This document shows positions 56,626 through 64,000 of a stretch of DNA of 64,000 nucleotides, in pieces. The notes below the pieces were generated by a model that worked only from the letters and a program-made list of their open reading frames with translations, had not been told where the DNA came from and did not search any database. The stretch is from an uncultured Luminiphilus sp. (GTDB lineage Bacteria; Pseudomonadota; Gammaproteobacteria; Pseudomonadales; Halieaceae): NCBI GenBank assembly GCA_963926105.1, contig CAWUVW010000008.1:867-64866 (forward strand). The letters run 5' to 3'. The translations under genes were made by a program, and so were the position numbers. The first letter of the stretch is position 1. The number at the start of each line of letters is the position of its first letter.

Positions 56626-56888
56626 TGCCCTTAAGTACCCCCCGCACCCCCATAGGAAGTAGAGCCCTACATAGATGTACCTGATGGGTACGTCAGGGCA
56701 GACGACACGCAAGATCTTGATCCCAAAGGCCGACAACACCGTATCTGAAGATTGGATACCAGGCTTGTCTGCCTAGCATGATAATTAGGCCAACGACTGC
56801 GAGAACTAAACACTCCACAATAACTTGTTAGAATCCAACCATGACATCGACCACTACTGTCGGCCCTCCTCAGGCATGCCTAACCCGG

Positions 56889-57998
56889 TCAGCAGCGGCG
56901 CGCCCAGAACGCTTCAGTGCGCCACCGCGACTCCATCGCGTAGTACGAGTGGAGCGAAAGTTTATACTGCTCAAAACCCTCACGAATCCGCCCCTCATAC
57001 TCAGAAAAAGCAGAAAGGTCGCCGTCGGCCGAGGCCGCCAGCGCCAAGGCTGCATGGCGGGCTGTATTCATCGCACCCAGCAACCCATCACCACTCAACG
57101 GATCGTGGCACATAGCGGCTTCTCCAGTCGCAAGCCAACCCGCTCCTACCGTGGTGTTCAACAGGCTACTGTGGGCGGGGACGACAGTCGACGGATCAAG
57201 AGCTGTGTAGGCGTGTTGCTCCAGAATGCTCGCAAGGTGTTCGCTCTGATGCACTAGTGACTCTATCTTCTTCTTTCGCTCGGTCAGTGGCGACGGCAGT
57301 AGATCAGAGTCGGTATAAAAACTAACCAATCGCTCGTGAGAACCAATCCGACAGGAAAAAAACCATCCGTCTTTACTGGCTTCAAGTAGCGTCGTTGCGT
57401 CCAGATCGGTGGCAGTCGGGCTAAGAACCACCATAGGCACAGAGACCAAGCGGTCAGCACGCATCCGCCTTGCACCCATCTTTCGAGCCGCAACTGACCG
57501 CCGTCCTGTTGCATCCAGAAAGAAGCTTGCGCGCCCCGTTTCGAGTTTTTCTCCATTGTGTAAGCTGTAGCTCCATACGCTACCGGCACGCTCAATAGAT
57601 ACGAGTTCGCCTCGAATAAAACCGGCTCCGGCGGCGTAGGCTGCATCACGCAGCATCTGGTCGAACTTATCACGATCGAGAACCCAGGATGAACCGTGAG
57701 CACTGGCGATCATCTCTCTAGATTCCAACGCTTTCGAGCCCCAAACCGAACGGTGCGAGACGATTGGTAACGAGTCCAAAGCTTGAAATTGCCCGTCGAG
57801 TTCGAGCGCCCGCATCCATGTCATCCCCGCTGGAGGAAGACATTGCCCCAGATGTGCAGCCGAATTGAACGGTCTACCTGGGGCCAGCATTTTTACTCTC
57901 GCGCCAGCCTTGGCCAAAGACAGCGCAGACACGCAGGCGCTTGGCCCATCACCGACAATCAGCACATCGGCGTCCGGCGCAGAGCTCGCCCTGCTCAC
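56889..57998 (-). CDS. LodB/GoxB-like FAD-dependent monooxygenase (putative CTQ-biogenesis flavoprotein)
   Basis: 369 aa. DVLIVGDGPSACVSALSLAKAGARV dinucleotide fold and halogenase/monooxygenase-like length. The GTG start overlaps the stop of the upstream LodA-like gene (GTGA). Confidence 0.65.
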   Translation of the reverse strand: MSRASSAPDADVLIVGDGPSACVSALSLAKAGARVKMLAPGRPFNSAAHLGQCLPPAGMTWMRALELDGQFQALDSLPIVSHRSVWGSKALESREMIASAHGSSWVLDRDKFDQMLRDAAYAAGAGFIRGELVSIERAGSVWSYSLHNGEKLETGRASFFLDATGRRSVAARKMGARRMRADRLVSVPMVVLSPTATDLDATTLLEASKDGWFFSCRIGSHERLVSFYTDSDLLPSPLTERKKKIESLVHQSEHLASILEQHAYTALDPSTVVPAHSSLLNTTVGAGWLATGEAAMCHDPLSGDGLLGAMNTARHAALALAASADGDLSAFSEYEGRIREGFEQYKLSLHSYYAMESRWRTEAFWARRC

Positions 57999-59932
57999 TC
58001 CCTGCTAACCCGTCTCGCTCTGACGGTGCTGAAAAATGAAAGCGACTGCTCCTCACTTTGTAGCAGGTCATTTTCCGTAAAGCCGACGTCGGTTTCGACC
58101 TTGAGCAATGCGGGACCCACAGCATCCTCAGGGCCCGGCTTGAGGCTGATTATTCCAAGCAATGGCCAGTTCTGGATCATCTCTCTTAAGGAATCAAGCG
58201 GGTCGGCGCGGGTTATATGTCGAAGCCATTTGACGCGCTGAGCGAAAGCCTCTTCACGGACCTCCATTGGCTGGCTCGTTTCCATCATGGTTTCATATTG
58301 CGACAAACTCAGAACGTCGTTCGGCGCACGAGCTGGCCAGAACGTCGGCAGATAGGGATCGACTTCTCTGTCGTAACCAGAGCGACAACTCGCGGTATCG
58401 GTGTGCCAAGGCAACGCCATCCATTTCGTAATATCACCTGGGCCACTGATCGCGAGCGGTCCATCGTCAGCGATGGCCTGGGCCGGAGTGAGAAGCGACC
58501 CGAAGTCCTGCCGAGTTTCCTCGCCCTTTGCCACGGCATTGATTCTGAAAAGATCACTATAAAGTGCGGGGTTGCGAAGGATCCAGGTCAGCTCGGTTCC
58601 AGGATGAAATGCACCGCCCAAAAGCGGCTCCAATGCCGCTCGATCCAAAGCTGATGCTTGCTCTGACGCTGGAAGTTCCTCGAGTGAAGCTGGCGCGGTC
58701 GCTAGCAGGTCAAAGTCGTTATCAAAGTTTCCTAAAGCCCACTGCTCCAATCGCGAATATTGCAGGACAGTCGGGGCCAGCCACTGCCGAGGATTATTGG
58801 CGGGAATCGCGACATCGTCTCCGTACATAGGCGGAAGCAGATCGGGTTGCTCTTCCAGAAAGTCCGGGTTGCGGAAACGCTCAAACCACTCATTCCTGAA
58901 TGCGCGATTTTCCTCGCTCGGATCGGCCAACCGCGTGAGAAAGCTGGAATCCTCAAGGTCGTCGGGAGACCCGTAACCGTAGCGTTGAAAGACCCCCTCG
59001 TTAACCCATTGCATATCCGCGATTCTTAAAAACAATGGCAGTATGTGGGCTTCGAAGGATACGCTTTCTGCACCCAACCAGCCCTTGTCGACCATGACGT
59101 TTTCAACTATGTCATACATAGTTATAAAACCCGCAAGAATTGAGGGCCCATAATTTGGTGGTGCTGAAGCTACCCAAGCTGGCTTCGCTTCAATCTCTTG
59201 GCCACCGATCCGAATTGTCGCGCGGACCGGACCATCGGCTATATCGTCACCCCAGCCAGTATTGTTGGCGAAAGTCGTTATCGGCGCATCGATCGGGCTC
59301 AAAGCCGCCCCCATGGCCGGTTTGACAATTAATCGGCCATATTCATCAGTCGCCAATTCCCCAAGGCCGACTGCTTGATAGATGAAAATGCCTCCATTAA
59401 GGGTAACGCCTTCCTGATTGACCCCCGAGATCGTGTGCTCTCCCGAATCAACGACTAGTTCCTGCCGCGCTAGCCCTTCGTAATAGTCTCGATTGCGCAA
59501 GGGCGCGGGCTTCGCTCCAGGGATATCCATGGGCGTCTCGAATTCGTACCAGGAGGCCTTCCGGTTGGCCAAATGAACGGACCAGCTAATGTCTGCGTCA
59601 GCGGCAGTAATCTCTCGTACAGGGAACCCTGCGATGTTGTAGCCATAAATACGAAAACGGACAGCCTGCCTTTTGATCGCACCCGATTCGTCTTTGAATC
59701 CGCCTGAAGCAAAAGGCGCCTCCCCAGGGAGCTCAGGCGCGATGAAGTACTCCAAGCTGTTTCCAACACGTGCAATTCCGATCGCCGGATGAATTGCATA
59801 GCCGACGATCTCAGAACTCAAGGCCTCGGCACTGTCGGCAGAACAGCCCAACAACGCCGAATTGGCGACGAATGCGGCGCCGGCCGAACCCGCTATCTTC
59901 AAGAATTCACGGCGATTAAAGTCAGTTTTCAT
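57995..59932 (-). CDS. LodA/GoxA-family quinoprotein amino-acid oxidase-like protein with Tat signal
   Basis: Start moved to Met 59932, giving MKTDFNRREFLKIAGSAGAAFVANSALLGCSA (twin-Arg motif). HPAIGIARVGNS...FIAPELPG, RFRIYGY and GPGDITKWMALPWHTDTASC...PTFWPARAPNDV resemble LodA-family hallmarks as I remember them. Confidence 0.65.
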   Translation of the reverse strand: MKTDFNRREFLKIAGSAGAAFVANSALLGCSADSAEALSSEIVGYAIHPAIGIARVGNSLEYFIAPELPGEAPFASGGFKDESGAIKRQAVRFRIYGYNIAGFPVREITAADADISWSVHLANRKASWYEFETPMDIPGAKPAPLRNRDYYEGLARQELVVDSGEHTISGVNQEGVTLNGGIFIYQAVGLGELATDEYGRLIVKPAMGAALSPIDAPITTFANNTGWGDDIADGPVRATIRIGGQEIEAKPAWVASAPPNYGPSILAGFITMYDIVENVMVDKGWLGAESVSFEAHILPLFLRIADMQWVNEGVFQRYGYGSPDDLEDSSFLTRLADPSEENRAFRNEWFERFRNPDFLEEQPDLLPPMYGDDVAIPANNPRQWLAPTVLQYSRLEQWALGNFDNDFDLLATAPASLEELPASEQASALDRAALEPLLGGAFHPGTELTWILRNPALYSDLFRINAVAKGEETRQDFGSLLTPAQAIADDGPLAISGPGDITKWMALPWHTDTASCRSGYDREVDPYLPTFWPARAPNDVLSLSQYETMMETSQPMEVREEAFAQRVKWLRHITRADPLDSLREMIQNWPLLGIISLKPGPEDAVGPALLKVETDVGFTENDLLQSEEQSLSFFSTVRARRVSRE

Positions 59933-60307
59933 TAAAAAAGATACCTTAGCTGTCGTCAGATCAGATTGAAGTATAGGACAACTACAAGGGCTATGCGCAT
60001 GACATGGGACGCTATTATGAAGAAGGCGAAGTAGCAAAATATACAGGCTATAAAAGTGGACTGAAAAAGGGTGTTTCACCTGACCATGAGATAATTTTAG
60101 ACACCGATCCACGTCAACCTGAATTATTACAGCTTCGATTTCACAAACGTTATACCGGTGGTAACAAAGCCAAATACGATGCAACCCTGATGCGTCTTGC
60201 TCCGCGATCCGAGAAGATCAATTACGTAGTTAGGCGATAAAGTTTAGGGCATTATTGGGTCTTCAGGTATTGTAGGCCAAATAAATTGATGGATAGAAGT
60301 CATTGAT

Positions 60308-60838
60308 ATGAAGAAGATGTCACCTAAAGCAGCAGTTTTACTCGTTTTACTCGCCGTCCCTGCAGCCACGAGCGCACAGGAGAACGACGATAAAATCAAC
60401 GGCAAGATGCCTGCCGCGCCAGCGGAATGCTTGATTGAGGCGGATATTGACATAATGGATTTTGACAACTTCAATGGCAAATATGTGAAAATTGAGCCTG
60501 GCGTCAGGGCACCCAATACGAGGGCTCCCGTGCACACGCATCCCTATGGCGGGAGTACGTGCGTACTGCAGGGAGAATTGACGCTCGCTTTGGAAGGTGA
60601 GGAAGATCGAACCTTTCGGGGAAATCTAGCGTCAGGGGTTGTCGAGTGCTATCCCATGCCCGCGCCCAATGGCAGCGATCAGAACAAGATGGCCGCTACT
60701 AACACAGGCAAAACTGCCGCGCTCATCATTGACATATTTACGGTTCCCAATGGGAGAAATCCGAAAACCTTTCAGCCAATGTGCGTTCTTCAAACAGGCA
60801 ACCCCGCGTGTTACGTGACCGGATCAGGCTGCGAATAG
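60308..60838 (+). CDS. secreted cupin-domain protein
   Basis: 176 aa with signal peptide MKKMSPKAAVLLVLLAVPAATSAQ. HTHPYGGSTCVLQGELTL is a cupin motif-1-like segment. Divergent from the lodA-like gene. Confidence 0.6.
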   Translation: MKKMSPKAAVLLVLLAVPAATSAQENDDKINGKMPAAPAECLIEADIDIMDFDNFNGKYVKIEPGVRAPNTRAPVHTHPYGGSTCVLQGELTLALEGEEDRTFRGNLASGVVECYPMPAPNGSDQNKMAATNTGKTAALIIDIFTVPNGRNPKTFQPMCVLQTGNPACYVTGSGCE

Positions 60839-61514
60839 TTACCTTGCTATAGAGGTTGAGAGTAGCAGACGGAGGCTGCTCTTGCCTTTTACTAATGGAT
60901 AGGCCCAGTCCGTCGCTTATACTTTGGTTGGTACAAACACCGGTCCTCCAACAGCGCTTTATAGCGGCTCCGAGGCATCCTTCAGTACGCTCATAACAGA
61001 CCTTGCTCAAGATTATGTTCGCGTTAACGGCCTCGCACCCAGTCCCAATCCATTGAAATAAAGTGACCAGTGGCGACTTATTGCGACTCCCGAGCTTGGC
61101 AGCGCAATCGGAGACCGGTTGTCCATTTATGGATTCAGGTTTCACTGCCAGTCAGCGCGGCGTGGGTAATTATGAGCTTATAGTTGTTCGTGCAAAAAAC
61201 TTTGAGAGGACATTCGGAATCAGTAGAGCTGACACTGCTGCGCTTTACCAGCACGGTATGAATTTTAGTCGAAGATCTCTCCTGGTTTATGATGGAACAA
61301 AGATAAAAGATGGCGTGTTGACGGCATGTCGAGATCAGGTTGGCGCAGTGCTCTAGGTAACCTTTCAGAACGTCACTGCCTAGTCATACACACATGGTTG
61401 TTCGCCCTGTCTTTGTGCAGTTAACTATTAGCTGCGGGTGTCTGGGTGTCTGCTTTTAATTTGTACTTGGATCGTTTTAGGAACTTAATTAGGTCTTCAA
61501 GGCCAAGGTTAGCG

Positions 61515-61658
61515 ATGGATAGGGCAAAACTTACAGAAACAGACATAATCACTAAATTCATTCTTCCTGCAATCGATAAAGCAGGTTGGCATTCAACGAC
61601 TCAATTGCGGCAGGAAGTAAAGTTACGCGATGGCAAAGTCAGTGTTCGTGGCCAGTAG
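61515..61658 (+). pseudogene. type I restriction enzyme R-subunit (HsdR) N-terminal stub
   Basis: [47 protein letters not shown]-stop matches the HSDR_N start (lsE.d...kfI.PAl..aGW....qi.qEv.ft.Gri.vrG). Only about 47 codons remain. Confidence 0.6.
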
Positions 61659-61770
61659 TCCATAGCAGATTATGAAAGTAAGGGGTGTTAATGCTAGCTA
61701 TACTCGTTCAGATTAATGCCATTAATACCAGTAGGCTGCAGAACAGCCGTATCTGGAAAGGAGCTAGACA

Positions 61771-62808
61771 ATGAAGTACAGATTATTTGCCGACACCGGC
61801 GTATTTGTTTCAGAACTGTGTCTCGGGACCATGACCTTCGGTGGTCAGGGCGGGATGTGGGAAACCATCGGTGGCCTGCAGCAACCCGAGGTCGACAAGT
61901 TAGTGGGCAGGGCGTTGGAGGCAGGAATCAACTTCATCGATACCGCGAATGTGTATTCCACCGGCGAGTCCGAAACCATGACCGGTAAAGCCCTCAAGGG
62001 ACACCGGCAGGACGTGATACTGGCGACCAAGGTACGTGGCCGTATGGGTCCCGGCGCCAACGACGTAGGCCTGTCGCGCTTGCACATCATGCAGAGCGTC
62101 GAGGCAAGCTTGAAACGGTTAGGCACTGATTACATCGACCTGTACCAGATACACCGCTCCGATAACCTGACCAATATTGAGGACACACTGCGCGCCCTCG
62201 ACGACCTGGTGCATCAGGGCAAGGTGCGTTACATCGGCTGTTCCAATTTGCCGGCCTGGGAGTTGATGAAATCTCTCGGCGTTTCCCGCGCCGAAAATCT
62301 GCAGCGCTTCAAGTCCACACAATCTTATTATTCCCTGGCCGGGCGTGAACTCGAACGGGATACGATTCCGCTGCTGCAAGATCAAGGTTTGGGGCTGCTG
62401 GTGTGGAGTCCTCTCGCCGGTGGTTTCCTCAGTGGCAAGTTTACCCGCGATGGCGAAGGCAGCGGTCGCCGCGCCTCTTTCGATTTTCCGCCGATTGACA
62501 AAGACAAAGGCTACGACATCGTTGAGGTGCTGTCAGCCATAGCGAGCGATCACAAAGTCAGCGTGGCGCAGATTGCACTGGCCTGGGTATTGGCTAACAA
62601 GACCGTCACCAGCGTGATTATTGGCGCACGTAAAATGGAGCAATTGGAGGACAATTTGGGCACCGTCGATGTAGCGCTGAGCGCCGATGAGCTGGCAAAG
62701 CTGGACGAAGTGAGTCGCCTGCCGCTCCCCTATCCCGCCTGGATGGAATCAATAGGATCTGATCGACGCCCTGGCGAAGCACGTGGTTTTTCTGCGGCGA
62801 AGAAATAG
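61771..62808 (+). CDS. aldo/keto reductase
   Basis: 345 aa. MKYRLFADTGVFVSELCLGTMTFGG, INFIDTANVYS and LYQIHRSD motifs. AAGGAG lies 8 nt upstream. Confidence 0.9.
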   Translation: MKYRLFADTGVFVSELCLGTMTFGGQGGMWETIGGLQQPEVDKLVGRALEAGINFIDTANVYSTGESETMTGKALKGHRQDVILATKVRGRMGPGANDVGLSRLHIMQSVEASLKRLGTDYIDLYQIHRSDNLTNIEDTLRALDDLVHQGKVRYIGCSNLPAWELMKSLGVSRAENLQRFKSTQSYYSLAGRELERDTIPLLQDQGLGLLVWSPLAGGFLSGKFTRDGEGSGRRASFDFPPIDKDKGYDIVEVLSAIASDHKVSVAQIALAWVLANKTVTSVIIGARKMEQLEDNLGTVDVALSADELAKLDEVSRLPLPYPAWMESIGSDRRPGEARGFSAAKK

Positions 62809-63056
62809 GATCAAAGCGCGGGGTCATGCTTGTTGTCATGGCCGAGATGACGCACCGGCAACTGCCGTGCCTGTCGGCGCACGACAGTGTGGTCTGTAGA
62901 GTAGAAGATGAGTCGGTGGTCATTGGGCTGATGCAAGCCGTATCCTGCTTTTACTTAGGCGCTGTATTGCCTGTCGATGGTAAGATGACACCTGCGACAG
63001 TGACCCTGACTTCTGAACTTTATAGTCATGAGATGGCGGAAGCTTCTCGTCATAGT

Positions 63057-63210
63057 GTGCCACTGGGGATCCATAGGCTGCAGAGAGAAGCATCTACTGT
63101 GACTGAGACCTCTAAACAGAGATCTGCTGCAAAGCGAAGAGCGATACGAGCTGCCGCATTACAAGAAGAATACGATAATATGCATCTACTCTGAGTGTTG
63201 GACTAACGTC
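63057..63210 (+). repeat. copy 2 of the diverged 154-nt direct repeat (right of the cargo)
   Basis: See copy 1. It covers the C-terminal part of an ORF whose in-frame ATG at 62985 lies exactly 72 nt upstream, the same offset as ATG 56400 for copy 1. Confidence 0.85.
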
Positions 63211-63521
63211 ATGTAATCGCCTGCTGCCTGCTGCGAGAGTCGTGATCACAAAAACTAGTGTTACGCTTAAAGGCACGTAGGCGTCGCGACCTTCACCTAC
63301 AAATACTATGCTAGCCCCCCAGCTCAGCAAATAAGAAAAACCATCACTCTTTCGCTCGCTTAGATAACGCATTTTCAATGGGTAATATTACCTATCGTTC
63401 AGGCAAACAATTATCGGTAATCGATTTCGTACGGAAGTCCTCTTTAGGGTTGAGAACTATGGTGGCCGGTGATAACTTAGGTTTTTAAATTAATAATTGA
63501 GCGGCACTGGAGACGGACATT

Positions 63522-63797
63522 ATGGTCAGGCATTGGAATCGCAGAGAGGTAGAGCATTTTCTAGGAAAAATATTGGGATGTTTTATTGTCGCTGGAGTTA
63601 TTGTAATTAGCGGTTGTGACGGATCGAATCCTGATCTGAAAAAATGCCTAAGTGTCGCAACTGCAAAGCATGATTTGTGTGTGGCTGAGGTGGAAGCTTC
63701 GGACGAGTATGAACCCTTAAAAAAAATTGACGTCTTGATTTGCGCGGAAACCGAGTCGGGGGCTAAGAATTTCTGTAACGCAATGCATGGGAAATAA
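63522..63797 (+). CDS. small hypothetical lipoprotein
   Basis: 91 aa with a hydrophobic segment ending ISGC (lipobox-like). No family recognised. Confidence 0.35.
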   Translation: MVRHWNRREVEHFLGKILGCFIVAGVIVISGCDGSNPDLKKCLSVATAKHDLCVAEVEASDEYEPLKKIDVLICAETESGAKNFCNAMHGK

Positions 63798-63875
63798 AAT
63801 GAAGAGCGCAAAGAGAAAGGGCGGTTGACGAGTCAGATAAACTTGCCGCAATGAAACCATTGAGCCAGCGACGGT

Positions 63876-64000
63876 CTACGTGGTTAGCTCTGCGATCATC
63901 TCATTGCTTTTGCGTCCATTAAGTTCTCTCGTGACTAGCTGCAAGTTTTCAGGAATGTGTAATCCCGATACGGTCTTGCCATTAAGCGGCACGATATGAC
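63876..64000 (-). CDS. HNH endonuclease, C-terminal part (gene continues beyond the window)
   Basis: The minus-strand frame reads HIVPLNGKTVSGLHIPENLQLVTRELNGRKSNEMIAELTT-stop (TAG at 63876-63878). H..PL...H..NLQ.....N..K is the HNH core pattern. This ORF is not in the track because it is cut by the window edge. Confidence 0.55.
   Translation of the reverse strand, partial: HIVPLNGKTVSGLHIPENLQLVTRELNGRKSNEMIAELTT

Noticed and set aside
56283-56739. Minus-strand ORFs 56283-56504 and 56545-56739 (and 63112-63378) as real genes
   Set aside because: Repeat conservation runs straight through their stop codons, and their similarity to each other is only the reverse-frame echo of the 154-nt repeat.
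57284-58241. ORFs 57284-57703 (-) and 57783-58241 (+) inside or across the lodB-like gene
   Set aside because: They are alternative-frame or antisense ORFs nested in motif-supported genes.
59933-60184. 84-codon N-terminal extension of the LodA-like ORF
   Set aside because: It is Cys/His/Leu-rich and AT-rich, with a promoter-like composition. The twin-arginine signal begins at the internal Met (59932), which is where an exported protein should start.
60738-61356. ORFs 60738-61145 (-) and 61063-61356 (+)
   Set aside because: The first overlaps the 3' end of the cupin gene, and neither has recognisable motifs or an RBS. I treated them as island debris (see finding) rather than genes.

Overview
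This 64-kb segment reads like chromosomal DNA from a marine gammaproteobacterium. The taxon is an inference from gene content only, and every family call here is made by eye from motifs, with no search possible. I support about 55 protein-coding genes and saw no rRNA, tRNA or CRISPR array. From 0.3 to 15 kb the genes are oxidative or xenobiotic-type: an Asp/Asn beta-hydroxylase, two class-I P450s (one in a CYP153-like ferredoxin/AraC module), MAPEG, a GntP permease, an S10 carboxypeptidase, and an SDR-GST-DUF3429-DUF3833 cluster. From 15.2 to 21.3 kb a TonB-dependent receptor is co-oriented with a 924-aa lipoprotein that is an internal tandem duplication. From 21.3 to 23.2 kb two colinear relics of one IS91-family transposase are separated by an opposite-strand membrane hydrolase gene. 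From 23.4 to 28 kb lie DJ-1/PfpI, YkgJ, a truncated Gfo/Idh/MocA gene, MAPEG, an alpha/beta hydrolase and a cytochrome c-Vgb-like propeller. From 28.6 to 37 kb lie rmf, a tightly coupled MoxR-DUF58-DUF4381-VWA-VWA/TPR-BatD operon and an HD-GYP response regulator. From 37 to 47.6 kb the genes are housekeeping (pepN, DUF2797, YeaC-like, rhomboid, nadK, lipA, a molybdopterin oxidoreductase, an FAD oxidoreductase). From 47.7 to 54.7 kb there is a periplasmic-binding-domain/TRIC-channel fusion and two secreted beta-barrel-like proteins (one a triple repeat) around cytochrome b561 and DUF1993. From about 54.7 kb to the end the sequence looks like a decayed genomic island. It holds a frameshifted integrase, a Tat-signal LodA/LodB-like quinoprotein oxidase pair, a cupin, an hsdR stub, an aldo-keto reductase and an HNH fragment, with two diverged 154-nt direct repeats bracketing the cargo. 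The most interesting candidates are the LodAB-like module with its bracketing repeats, the duplicated TBDR-linked lipoprotein, the SBP-TRIC fusion and the split IS91 relic.
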